A DNA stretch of 63,949 nt, filler included, from Choristocarpus tenellus KU-1152 (lineage: Eukaryota > Protista > Phaeophyceae): assembly GCA_964200185.2 (NCBI GenBank). It is 9 parts of 9 records of this genome, joined end to end, with 100 filler letters (N's around TTAATTAATTAA, not from the genome) between each part and the next. Parts side by side here need not be neighbours in the genome. Positions count along the whole stretch, not along the records: positions 1 to 27,353 come from CAXNAD020000146.1; 8 more parts are not named here. One strand, written 5' to 3'. Each line of letters opens with the position of its first letter. The first letter of the stretch is position 1. Positions 1 to 12,400 of this stretch are shown here, piece by piece. A model generated the notes under the pieces. That model made no database searches and was not told where the DNA came from. It saw only the letters and a program-made list of their open reading frames with translations. Position numbers and translations under genes: made by a program.

Positions 1-1405
1 CCTGGTGTAGAACCCCCCCCCCCTCCCAGATACTTTGGGTCTGCTCCTGTGACTATGCACCCTCTCATCTCATCATTATGCATGCGGTTGGCAATCTCTT
101 CACCCACGAAGTACATCCATTGCCATTACTATTAAAATCTACTATGTACATGCTATCACAGGAATTAGCTCCAACAGAACATTGTCATCAAGGATGACTA
201 CACACTTCCGTTAGATTTGTTTATGCACCCCATCATTAGTATAAAGGCAGAGTTGTTTTGTTACAAGGCTCTGGATACTGATTTGTGATTAATATTGACC
301 TGATAAGGCATAATATCTCTGCACCATTTAAAAGTTCTGGTGAAAAACGAAAGTAGTGTGTAGACATCATAGGTACTACAGAGGTGGATATTAGTACTAG
401 TTATGTTGGGCTAGATACAGACTGCTCTAGAATAGGGAATACAAAAACACATCTATTATTATAGTAGTACTTCCTTCTCCATAATGATTTCATGGACATT
501 GCCCGGGAAAGATGTGGGCTTCTGAATATATGTTACCGTGTATAAATGAAAATTAGGTTTGAAGTACTCCCAAGTTGGACCACAGTGCTGGTGGGGGTGA
601 GGCATATACAGGAGCATCACTACCATAGTTGGGCAGGACCATGTCCGAGATGACAATGGATAACTCCTGCTCAAGGTTTGCAACAATTAATAGTTGGAAC
701 AGAATGGTGGATGGCAGACTAAAAACAGGTAAGAACAAACAGCTACACAGACAAGCACTGGGAAAACTTACAGATTACATAGCAATTATATTATAACTAA
801 CACTACCCACAAACTTCTCAGCAATCTTTACTGTGGTGGACAGCTTTGAACGGAGAAACACCTGAAGATCAGCTGCTTCCCAAGTCAAACTATAATTGAC
901 AAACATGCCTCCCCAGGAGTGCTTTTTAAACAACATGAAATCAGGGAGGTCTTGATGGTGACAGGTGAGAGAGATTGGACCAAGGTCAGTAGCTGCCAAC
1001 AAGGAAAAATGCTGGTTGGTAGAGTATGTAATTAGTGTTCTATCATTAACAACTTCTACTCCAGCACCATTCCAGTGATTTAACAAAAAATCCCACACTC
1101 TGAAATAAACAAAGATCTACACTTTCAACAATAAAAAAATGGTTCGGCTATGAAAAATCACCATGACAAACACTGTTCTGATGCTTGACTACAATGATAA
1201 CACATAATGTGTCCAGATATACTAGAGCGACACAATGCCACATGCTACCAACGAGCACACAAGCAGTGAGGAAAAACAAATCCTATTATATTTTTCAAAT
1301 TGTATTAGCTCATCCACATCATGGGTGTGCTACTGATGTATTGGTATGCTCCTTGAAACCAATAATATTTTATTTTCTTCAAAGTCGTGCCAGTTGCCGA
1401 TACAG

Positions 1406-1457
1406 TCATTCCATGGGTGTCCCATGACTCCATTCATATTCTCGGTTCAGGGTGTAC
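1406..1457 (-). CDS. G6PD: G6PD alternative terminal exon 10b, encoding (G)[16 protein letters not shown]; in-frame readthrough extension LYRQLARL* to 1379
   Basis: Acceptor ...cgtgctgtggcag| at 1458-1459, same phase as 10a. TGA at 1408-1406 is followed by CTG TAT CGG CAA CTG GCA CGA CTT TGA. Confidence 0.8.
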
Positions 1458-4400
1458 CTGCCACAGCACGTAAGGGAGTATGTTCCACAGCAGAATTAAC
1501 ATGGTGAGGTTCATGCGTGATGGACTAGCTGGATGTTCCATGCGTCCACTTGTAGTCTCGGTTCAACATGTACCTGCCATAGCATGTCAAGGAGTATGGC
1601 CCACCATAGAAGGCTATGGTCAACATATGGGATGAATAAGACCACTCTAAAGTCACTATCAAGAAATGCTAGCATTTTCAAGGTAACTAAAGTCAAGTTA
1701 AAACCCTCTCACACCAGGAAACATTATCTAGATACAGACATGTTCCTATCTGGTAACTCAAACTACTACGTACCCCATCTTTGCTATCAGTTCATCACTC
1801 TCCGTTGGCCCCCTAGAGCCGTATGCGTATGGCAAAGTGGTTGCTTTCCCTTCCTCAATTTGTTTGAGGAGAGGAGTAAAAATCTTCCATGCTTCCAAAA
1901 GCTCATCACTGCGCACAAATGTAGCTTGTTTGCCCCGCAACACTTCCAGGATGAGGCGGGTATATGCTGCAGGGCTGTTACGGTGGGGAGAAAATAATTG
2001 CAGATACAGGAAGAATGTTGCGTGTGCGGAACAGCCTCAAAAGTACGACGAAGTGACGGGAAGGTAAGCACTGTTAGATATTCCATACTGTTATGCTCAC
2101 TTGTATGCTGTGGGGTAGCGATCGATGTATGTCAGGTCCAGGTCTGACTGCATGGGCTTGCTTTGAAGACCTGGGGCTTTGACATTGGTCTTGTAGTAAA
2201 TACTTTCATTAGGCTGCAACCGCATCACCAACTCATTACGGGGGCAAGGCTGGTCATCGAACATGAAGTTGCTCCCAGGTGTGTCCTTGAACTGGATACG
2301 GACCTGAGAAATACCATGTCAATAGTATATCAATGGCATGTCAATTACCATGTCTGAGAGAAACCTGAGTCAAAGAATCTCAGAACAAACTTCACCATTT
2401 TGTCAGATCTCCAGAATTTTCAAGCTTGACCATCCCAAAGTGACCTGTGTCTCCAAATCATAGTATAATGGAAGTTTATCATATACCTGAAATCTTTTAC
2501 AATATAGTATGCATTATGGCCCTTGTCCTCATTTCTACAATGAAGTGTAACACACCTCAGTCTTGCGCTCATTGAGGGCCTTCCCTGCTTTGAATATGAA
2601 TGGTACTCCTGCCCACCGTGGGTTGTTCACAAACAGGACACATGTTGCAAATGTGGGGCAGTTGGAGTCCTCGGGCACACCATCATCTGTCCAGAAAGAT
2701 TTGTATACAGTGGGCAACAGGGCTATAGTTTGGACAAAGTATGACAGAGTACAAAACACACCAAAACAATTGTCCATACAGCAAGATGGCACTTGAATCA
2801 ACAATGGGAGCGTACTCAAGATGTGTCACTCACCATCCTTGTATCCTGGGTGTTCACCATCCTCACTGGCCACGTACTGGCCTAATACCACATCCTCAAG
2901 GCGAACAGGAGCAGCAGCCTTGAGAACATTAACCTGCACTTGACATATTACAGCGATAAGTTCATATTTACATTTCAAGCCTGAACACGGACAAAGGACT
3001 TGACCTTGAAGGACCTAATCAGCGCAGAGATGACAAAACAAGCTTTGCCGGCTAGTCAAGTAAGGAAACCAAAGACTCCTATTAAAATTATTTTCCATCA
3101 ACATTTCATATTGCAACGAACTCGAGATTTGATCTGATTTTATTTTATTTGATACATCCCTCTTGGAGATTTCTACTATACAGAATATTTGGTTCTTGCC
3201 TGGACCAGCTTGAACCTACCCAACTTTTTTTATAGAACACAAAAAGTGAGTGCTAGTATGTGACTCTCCTTTGATGATCTAAAAATTCCCTCAAAGTCAA
3301 GAGCAGCATAGTCTAACCTTGGCATCACGGAGGAAGTCAGCAGATCCAGTGCCAGACACTCTCACTGGAGGCTCCATGGCAACCAGTGTGAAGACCTGAA
3401 TGCAAAAATTCCAAAAGCAAATAGCAAGACAAGATTAGACATAGATTCGTCTGTATTGCCAGATGTTTAACACAGGCTCGCAGAATGCAAGATTAACCCA
3501 TGGCAATACAACAAAACTTGAGTCAAATACCTGAATGAGATGGTTCTGAATAACGTCACGTATGATGCCATAATTATCAAAGTATCCACCACGTCCTTCA
3601 GTTCCAAAGTCTTCCTTGAAGGTGAACTGGACACTTTGGATAAAGTTACGGTTCCATGTGGGTTCGAACATCAAGTTTGAGAAACGCAACACCACCATGT
3701 TTTGTGTCATCTCTTTCCCCAGGTAGTGATCAATACGGTAGATGAACTTCTCCGTGAAGTACTCTCCAAGTCCGCTAGTGAGCTGACAGCAGAAAATGAT
3801 TAAGTCCGGAATACAGGTGGAAGTGAATATGTTGAGGAACAGAACTTGTTACAGACACAATTTGTTTGCATGACCAAAAAAATATCAATTGTGTTTACTT
3901 GCAGCTGTATGGTTTTGGGGAATGCCTAATAGTCTTTACTTGCCCATAATGGTCAGATAGCAAGCATCTGGTACAAGTTTTCTAGTAGTTCAGTTCACTG
4001 TCCGAGTAAAAAGACACCAATCAGATCTAACACTTAATATACCCAGAGAGCTAGAAAAACTATAAGGGTGGAAAGGGATGGTACACACCTCAAGTGCTGA
4101 ATCATAGTCATGCCCAAAGGGTTTCTCCACAATAAGGCGTGTGAAACCTGTTGAACTAATCCCTGTCTGCTTAATGGAGGATGCAGTATCCAGGAACACA
4201 TTTGGTGGAATTGCAAAATAAAACACACGATTGGCAACACCTCCAAGGCCAGACTTTTCCTCACGAATCTCGAGGTCTTTGATCATGGCCCCCATGTCCT
4301 CAGCTGAACCATAGCCGCCTGAAAGTGTTGGTTACAAGATATTTCATTTCCATGTTGTCAATTGATGAAATAGATCTCAATACCTCTGTACACGCACAGG

Positions 4401-5459
4401 TACTGGGCCTGCAAGTTCGTCCAGGCACAAATGATAATGATCTTTTTACTTTCAGATACACCAAAACAAATCCAAGGACCAATAAGAGCAATTAGTGTTG
4501 TCGATTGATCACATACCTCCAGGAAGGGTGGCAAGGGGTGGCTGTCTTATTTTAGTCTATGAAGGCAATTACCGTTCCTATCAAAGATCAAAGATAAACT
4601 ACCTGAAGTATAAACAACGCTTTGAGGGTCTACGTCGATTATTAGTGGGTAGATTTAGGTATTAAAAAGGACTCGGATCTTCATGAACACATATAAAGCG
4701 CCATAAAATATTACGGACACCGTCATACTCGAGATGATGTAGAGGTACACAGCAGCCAACTGACAAATATAAAAGTTTATAGCCCACATCTAATTACCAA
4801 CCCGCCTCTCCTTAAGTCTAAGGTCCACCTGCACGGTAGTGGACCAACTTCAAAAACTCTTCAACTTTGGGGTCAGCTTCTTTGGAGAGGTAAGGCCGGA
4901 GCTTTTCATGGAGTTGATTGTCCGTGATTTTTGATCGCGCATAGCCACAAATGATCACGTGCGGTGGAAGGAAGTCGTGGCAGAAGAGCTCAAATAGCGC
5001 AGGAAATGTCTGCAAGCAAGTGGAGGAGTCGAGCAGCAGGGTTCATAATATCATATTAGAAAATCAGGACACACAGGACATGATTGCAATCCGATACTAT
5101 TACCACTCTGAATGCCACCACCTCTACACAAAAACAACTCGCTATACCACTGTCAGGGGGTGGATCATATCAAAGCCTACATGCTCAGGTCTGTCTGTGA
5201 AATAGACTTGGGTCACGTTCAAACAATGCAAGACACCAGGCGGACAAAGCCCACCAAAAAGACCTCTATCCATAAAAGAAAGTTGCTCAGGGACCACAGA
5301 GTCAAACTGAATCAATGTATGGCGAATGTCATGACAATTGTGCGCAGAAGCAGAAGCCACCTTCTTTTTTGCCAGATCTCCACTGGCTCCAACGACTACC
5401 ACAGACAATGAACTGTGAAGGTATTCGCAGGAGTGATACTTGGATACGTTTTCAGTCAT
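1406..5459 (-). CDS. G6PD: Glucose-6-phosphate 1-dehydrogenase, cytosolic type, 10 exons with two alternative last exons
   Basis: Manual GT-AG exon model: 5459-5361, 5009-4829, 4318-4089, 3782-3531, 3395-3318, 2933-2834, 2686-2556, 2303-2101, 1974-1774, then 1573-1525 (10a) or 1457-1406 (10b). Phases are consistent. Motifs [72 protein letters not shown] and FVRSDEL..AW.IFTPLL are present. No N-terminal presequence. Confidence 0.97.
1525..1573 (-). CDS. G6PD: G6PD alternative terminal exon 10a, encoding (G)[15 protein letters not shown]
   Basis: Acceptor ...catgctatggcag| at 1574-1575, phase-compatible with the donor GG|GTACGT after 1774; stop TAG at 1527-1525. Confidence 0.8.
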
Positions 5460-6361
5460 GACCCCTTTTCTCTCAATTGCGGTTGGCTGGCCCACGTCTG
5501 CTGTTACCAGATTTCCCAGTAAGACTAACTAGTTGAGGCCTGTGAAGTACCAAGTTTTGAACTTGAGACTAAATGGCGAATTTGTCTTCTCAAGGTTGGA
5601 TTGTTGATGAAATATTGGTCGGAGTATTGTTGTGGAGTGGTTAGATGGTAGAATAATATTGTAGTAGTTGAGTACAATAATATTGTAGTAGTTGAGTACA
5701 AACCATAGTACTTTTAATCAAAACTTAGTCATTTCCACCTGATACCCTCATGCAGATACATTTTGCGGGAAATTGGAAGTATTATTATAGTAGTTATCAT
5801 TCAAAATTCTCGTTCAGATCATTTTCACGGGAAATTGTAAGTGTTTATTATAGGTTTGGTAGGGTTGCAACCCAAATTATGATTTGAAAAAAACAAAAAC
5901 ATGAACACAATATTTCCGAACCAACAGTCCGAGTCATGCATCTGGAGACTATTGCTCCGACCCATCATCAAGGATAATCTCAGCAAGTACATTTATCAAG
6001 GAGTTGCAATCAATACAGCTCAAGCGAGACACAAACACACATCATCTCCAAAATCTCGTCGACTCAAAGAAGAGCCTATAACTTATCTTCCAGGTAACTT
6101 CGCTTTTACTTTACGTCTTGGCTGGGGTGATTTCAAGATTTTCTTTGTTGTGTTATGGTATATAACAATCTGCTGCAAGAGGAGGGAATAGCTCTTTACT
6201 CATGGTGGCTTCATAAGATATCCTTGAACTCTCTTGGACACAGACAAAGGCTTGAAAGCTCAAGCAGAGGTCATGCTCATGTCCATTAGTCAGACAAAAC
6301 TAACTCAAACTTCTTCGTCAACGACGCCCTTCACGTAGGACCCAGGAGCCAGTTCAACAAG
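5460..6361. promoter_or_regulatory. Putative bidirectional promoter and 5'UTRs shared by G6PD and 6PGD
   Basis: 902 bp between divergent ATGs. Contains a tandem duplication of AATAATATTGTAGTAGTTGAGTAC (about 5652-5700) and two copies of a CGGGAAATTG.AAGT..TTATTATAG motif (about 5761-5790 and 5822-5853). Confidence 0.6.
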
Positions 6362-9300
6362 ATGGAGGCTTTGTCTGATGTTGGCTTGTATGGCCTTGCT
6401 GTCATGGGACAGAACTTTGCTCTTAACATGGCCAGCCACGGATTCCGCGTCTCCGTGTGTAATCGGTCTCCTGAGAAGGTCGATGCAACCGTTGAGCGTG
6501 CCAAGGAAGAGGGTGATCTCCCTCTTGTGGGATTCAAGGACCCTAAGGAATTTGTGATGTCCCTCTCGACTCCCCGCAAGATTATTATCCTGGTTCAGGC
6601 CGGCAAGCCTGTGGATGCCACAATCGATGTCCTGTCTGCGCACATGGAGGTGAGATATACGAGTTCTACTGCCTTGACTGTTTTCTGTACACAGGAGTTC
6701 CAATTGTCGGCATTCTGCAGCGTAGTGCAGTGGTCGAATATTGCGCTGGATTTGCCTACTTCTGCCACGATTGGGCTCCAGTATGTGTTGTCTTACAGAG
6801 GAAGGCGATGAGATGTTAATATCCAACCAATAGTACAACTCTCCTGACTATTGCTCCTTCACGGTAATGAACTATGTGCATCACTCTTCAGCCTGGTGAT
6901 GTTCTTGTAGACGGAGGTAATGAGTGGTTTCCCAACTCACAGCGCCGGGGAGAGGAACTTGAGGCCAAGTCCATCCTCTTCGTGGGCATGGGTATCTCTG
7001 GTGGGGAGGAAGGAGCCCGTAATGGCCCATCCCTCATGCCGGGTGGGCCAAAGAAAGCATTTGATCTCCTGGAGCCCATCATCACGAAGTGTGCTGCCCA
7101 GGTGTGTGTATACAATGGAATAGTGCAAGCATCCTGTCTGCCTCTGGTGAAGTTTTGTACCACTCTGTTGTTTTTCTGAATTCTTAAGAGTACATGTGGC
7201 ATGTTGGGAGGAGTGTTATTCCTTTGCGAACTTCTGATCAGTTGAATGTGTTGCACATATAAATAGGCATAAAATTTAAAAGAGTTAGCAAGCTATTTCC
7301 AAACCCTCACACAAGCACAACCCCGCTTAACAGTAAAAAGTTTCATGAATGTACTAGGTGGACGATGGACCATGCACAACATATCTTGGTTCTATTGGCT
7401 CTGGAAACTATGTGAAGATGGTCCACAATGGCATTGAATATGGCGACATGCAACTCATTGCTGAGGTGTGTACAGAAATATAAATGGTCAGGATTATGCT
7501 TGCTCATTGTGCCTTAAGATTTTTTTTTTGCAAAAATCCTTCCTCGGGAGCGAAAAAAGTGCTTTTGGCAAGAGTAGTAAGTAGTAGTACTTGTGGAGGA
7601 CATTAGTCAATTTTAGTGTTTTTAGTGCTGTACGTTTGGCAACACCTTTCCTATTTCCCTTACCTTCCAGGTTTACGATGTCTTGAAGAATGTGGCAGGG
7701 TTGTCAAACGAAGAGCTGGCGTCAACGTTTGAGAGCTGGAACACAGGAGAGCTGCAGGTAAGCTCAGGAGTGGTTCCTGCAATTAAGTATTGTCTAAAGA
7801 TGATAATGCAAAGGTCAAGAATCACTTTGACATCACAGGCACTTGAAAACAGAAATGGAGTCTTCTATTGTGGACCTAACCTCTAGCCTCTATTGGGTGA
7901 TTTGGAATGCTGCAGAGCTTCCTTGTGGAGATCACTGCATCAATTTTTGGGAAGAAAGATGACAAGACAGATGAAGGTTATGTTGTGGACAAGATCCTTG
8001 ATAAGACAGGTGAATTTGGATGCATCCAGAAGTATATTGTATGTCTGATGTGGAAAATGATTGCCGTTCCATTCAATATCTTCAATCCTGGAACAATAGC
8101 CTTCACCTACTGACACAAATCGCAGTCTACCTGCATAGGTCTGACACAAAGGTGAACATCCTTTGTAGTGGTCACAGTTGAACGACACAACATAATTCTA
8201 CTGTAATTGTAGAAGTAGAAAGATTTATGAGTTGGCTGGGTGGATTGCCTAGACATGCTCAAAGAGTTCCGATGTGCGCTTGTTGTAGGTATGAAGGGGA
8301 CAGGGCGCTGGACTGTACAGGAAGCAGCAGAGCGAAGTACTGCTGCTCCCACTATGGCAGCTGCCCTGGATGCTAGGTACCTAAGTGGTAGGAAGGACGA
8401 GAGGATCAGGGCAGCCACAGTACTTTCTGGACCCTCAGAAATTCCTGCTGTTGCCAAGGAGCAGCTGGTTACGGACCTGAAGGCTGCTCTATACTGCTCT
8501 AAAGTCTGCTCTTATGCACAGGTTTGGATAGGTATCAGCATTGCTGAGTTTGGAGTGTGGTATTTGTTATTGTTACTAAAACGAAAAGAGGGGAGGGGAG
8601 GGGGCAGCAAAGCGATTCCAGTCTGTTTTGTTCTGTTGATTGAAATGTAGAGGTCTATTCATGTCACAAAATTGCTCATTGCACTCAAGTATAAGGACTG
8701 TTGAAGAATACCACTGCTGTACAGCAAGCTGATTAGTAATTTATTTATCTAGTTCAATAATCTGCTTTGTTTTTTGTAACTGATTTTGTGTGTGACTGCA
8801 CTCTTGTTCTCTTTGCTTGGTTGACAGGGCATGTGTCTGATCAAGAGCGCATCAGAGCACTTTGAGTGGGGTGTGGACCTTGGTGAATGTGCACGTATCT
8901 GGAAGGGAGGTTGCATCATCCGGGCAGCCTTCCTTGATGACATCAAGAGGGCATACAAGATTGATTCAAGCCTATCCAATATGCTAGTCGATCCATTTTT
9001 TGCTTCCCAACTTTTGGAGCGCCAGGCTGCATGGAGGAGGGTGGTTTCCCTCTGCGTGGCAAGTGGCATTGCTGCTCCAGCCATGACAGCATCTTTGTCG
9101 TACTTTGACTCCTACCGTCGAGCTCGCCTACCAGCCAACCTGGTGCAGGTGATGAGGCCAGAGTGTTTTGTAGTGCTGATGTAAACACACAGATTTGTTG
9201 TTTGTGCATAGAGGTGTGATGTGTTGTTAAATTGGCTCTGTGATATGTGATTGGGACTGTCTACTGAAGCTCCTTCTATGCTGACCTTGACCATCTTCTG

Positions 9301-9456
9301 TTGTTCAACAATGTTTATGATTTGCAGGCCCAGCGTGACTTCTTTGGTGCGCACACCTATGAACGGATAGATATGGAGGGCACTTACCATTGCCTTTGGG
9401 ATGTCACCCACAAGGATATTGGCGATGTTTCTGGGCGCATTGCTGGGGAATTGTGA
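6362..9456 (+). CDS. PGD: 6-phosphogluconate dehydrogenase, decarboxylating (NADP+), cytosolic type, 8 exons
   Basis: Exons 6362-6649, 6892-7101, 7358-7465, 7671-7757, 7916-8009, 8289-8521, 8828-9148, 9328-9456, all GT-AG. Motifs [74 protein letters not shown] and [14 protein letters not shown]. Confidence 0.97.
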
Positions 9457-12400
9457 AGTTGACACCAGGCATGCCACATACACAAGGTTGTTTCAGTGGG
9501 GTGGGTATATGAGTATAGCGTAGTCACAAGCCCCTGCTTGCTAATAGTTCTTTCCCTTGCGTTACCATCTTACAATGGCCTTCATTCGCCACATATGTGA
9601 CAATCCAGCACCTTTTGTATACAGCTGTACCTTTTTATAGTACTGTAGCAAGTACATAGAGGTTAGGCAACCAGTCAGATATTTGACCAGCTGTACAAAT
9701 GCAGATGATATCAACAGTGAAATAGAGGTGCGGGAGAGGGTTTTCATTCAAGGTGGAAAACTGGGAAAAGGTTGACCTTGCTTTCTTCTGGTTGCAGTGT
9801 CCACTTGTTGTCTCTTCAGAATTGATTATATATGGACATGGAACATTGTTTTATTCCGCGTTTTGGGGAACCTACAGCAACCAAGCAGTTTTTGCAATTG
9901 TATGTGTGACTGGACAGACAATTACATCTAATGAGAACATTCATACTTGCAACTATGACATGTGCGAGCTATATTGAATCCAAACATTTGCAAATTTTTG
10001 TGTATGTGCTCTGCCTTTGCAATCCCCATTCGTCTAGTGTGATTTTTGTCTTGCTGATGAGTATCACGCTTCTCCTTCCCTTAACAAATGCACAGACATG
10101 GTCATCCAATCCCACCACCTATGCCATATCAAGAGTTGTCAACACTAACATTGTGCTTGAGTACTTCTACTGTAGCAAATGGGGATACTCTCTGTGATCT
10201 GCAAAAAAACATGACATGTGGTTGCTAATATGCAGGAATGTTTCTGTCAAATGTAGATAGTTATTATTACATAGTTTTTCTTGATTGCTTTCACATCACT
10301 CTGACTTGTCCCAAAACTGTAGCTAGAAGGTACAGGAAAGGCAGTGACACAGTACTTCAGAAAATATAAAACAGAAATGTCATTCTCAAGGAAATAAAAA
10401 CATAAGTAACTAAGATGAGAACCTAAGGAATAACACAACCAATGGCTGGGACAAGACTTGTCCATCTGTCCACGTCCCATGAGAAGAGGGGGAAATGAAA
10501 AGGAGAAACCAGTGTCATTGTCAGTCCATGAAATATGAACACCACTCCTCACATATCACACAAAGGAGAGAGGAACTGTGAAGAATAGTCAACCCAAAAA
10601 CGAAATTCATAAGAAGAGGTACATTCAGCAACCAGTAGGCAGTTACGAGTGCGCATATGCCCTGATCTTCTTGGGCTGCCTTACCTAGCATGATATATGT
10701 AAGTTATTTTGTCTGCTTGAAGATGTTATTTGTCAATGAAGTTCTTTATTCCATCGACTACAGATTTGTATCACTTGGATTGGTTTGTTACTACTGTATT
10801 TTGTCCCTCAAAACATCCTGAATGATCCTTTATGATATAGTACTTGGACATGACTGGGTTGGTGTAAACTCCTTCACTGGTATGCACTGTGGTGAGTGAA
10901 GATGTAGAAAATTATAGGGGTAAGAACACACCATTGATGAAGGGAAAGCCTTGGTAACTCAAACCAGACTGTACACGCTACATTGTCCAAGTGAACACAA
11001 AACCCACACTCCAACAGAACTGGCAGATGACTGATAAAATCTTCTCAGGCATGTCAAGCTGGCAAGCATATCCCGCAGGAGATTGCTGTAAACAGAATCA
11101 TATGGTTTTGATAGACCAATAGAATACATGAACAAAGAGACATGCTTTTACGTGCTTTTCCTGCCTGACCTCCTGGAGGGCATGTAGGACATAATGTTCA
11201 CTGTGGAGTGTTGAGACCAGGAATCATGGATCATTTTCCTGTTCCAGGTACAAGCATCCTCCCACTTATCATGAAACATTCAGAAGCATTTTACTGGCTT
11301 GTTCCACAAGCGGGGTAGGCAACAGGTAACAAGTACAACTAGTGATACAGCAACAATTAGCTATAGCAGTAGGTTGTATGAAGAGCGATAGTACTCTGTG
11401 ATCTTAGTGCCTCTGATCACGAGCTGGGATAGTCCCCAGACTAAAGAGAAGAATTATATTAGTAGCTATCACTAGACGTGAAGTATTGGATATTTGTGAT
11501 ATTGTCACACAAACACATACCCCTTCCCTTCTACCTATAGTCCAAAATATTGGCTCAGGATGATGTGTGTGTATTGATACTGTTGGGCAGGGCCCTGGCC
11601 TATGATGCCGTTACTAAGGTCAAATATATGCAAAGGCCCACCAGCTACACAATTACGTTTCATTCAATTATCGATTTTTCCACAGGCAGACACAGACCCC
11701 GTGACCTCCTTCCAAGGCACAGCTCATCTCTGCTACTGAGGCAGAAGACCCCCTTGTCCTTTTGGTCCTGCTGGGGGGGGCACTGCGGTTGCTTGGTGGT
11801 TCAGGTTTTCCTTTTTTCACCCCAGCACAGTCCCCACAGGTTTACCTGGGAACGGATGTCCGTTGTTTATTTTCTCCTGCGGATGCTGAGGTACAATGTC
11901 TACTGCCTCACAGATCTTCTCCTGCTCTTTTCCCCTCAGCACAGCCTACACGTGTTACCCATGCACAGTATTCCGCCCTGTAGTACCCTACTCTGGCTCC
12001 GGGCAAGAAGAAAACATCAGAAAGTACCCCTTCCTGGTCAAGGTCAGCAGTAGGCCATCACATATGTTGCTTTTTTTTTTGCTTCAGGAGGATTTTTGCT
12101 CTACAGCATTTTTGGAACAATTGATCCAATTGTGTAAAATTATCTTGGAGGGGTAGAATGGTGGAGACAATGAGTGAAGAAATATTGCGACTTGAGGTTA
12201 AAGGACCAAGTACACAAGAGGATATTATTGCAAGGGACACTTAGGAGAGAAAAAAAAGGCAACATCGCCTTGTGTTGGTCTGAGCCACAGATACAAACAC
12301 AGTCACATAAATGGAGCACAGGCCATATTCCAACCTTGGTCTGTCTGGTTGCATTGATTAGAGTGTGGATGGATCCCACAGCTCCCTATAGAGGCAAACA

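Noticed and set aside
1447-1527. Readthrough of G6PD exon 10a
   Set aside because: TAG-TCC is not a leaky context and the extension ends -GTP, not a targeting signal.
6305-7256. Long antisense ORFs over 6PGD, and similar shadows over G6PD, CTL and the terminal ORF
   Set aside because: Shadow frames of real coding exons with no independent motifs.
9430-9465. Matching cryptic PTS1 on 6PGD
   Set aside because: The protein ends -GEL and the stop context TGA AGT TGA adds at most two residues. No PTS1, and no PTS2 in the upstream frame.
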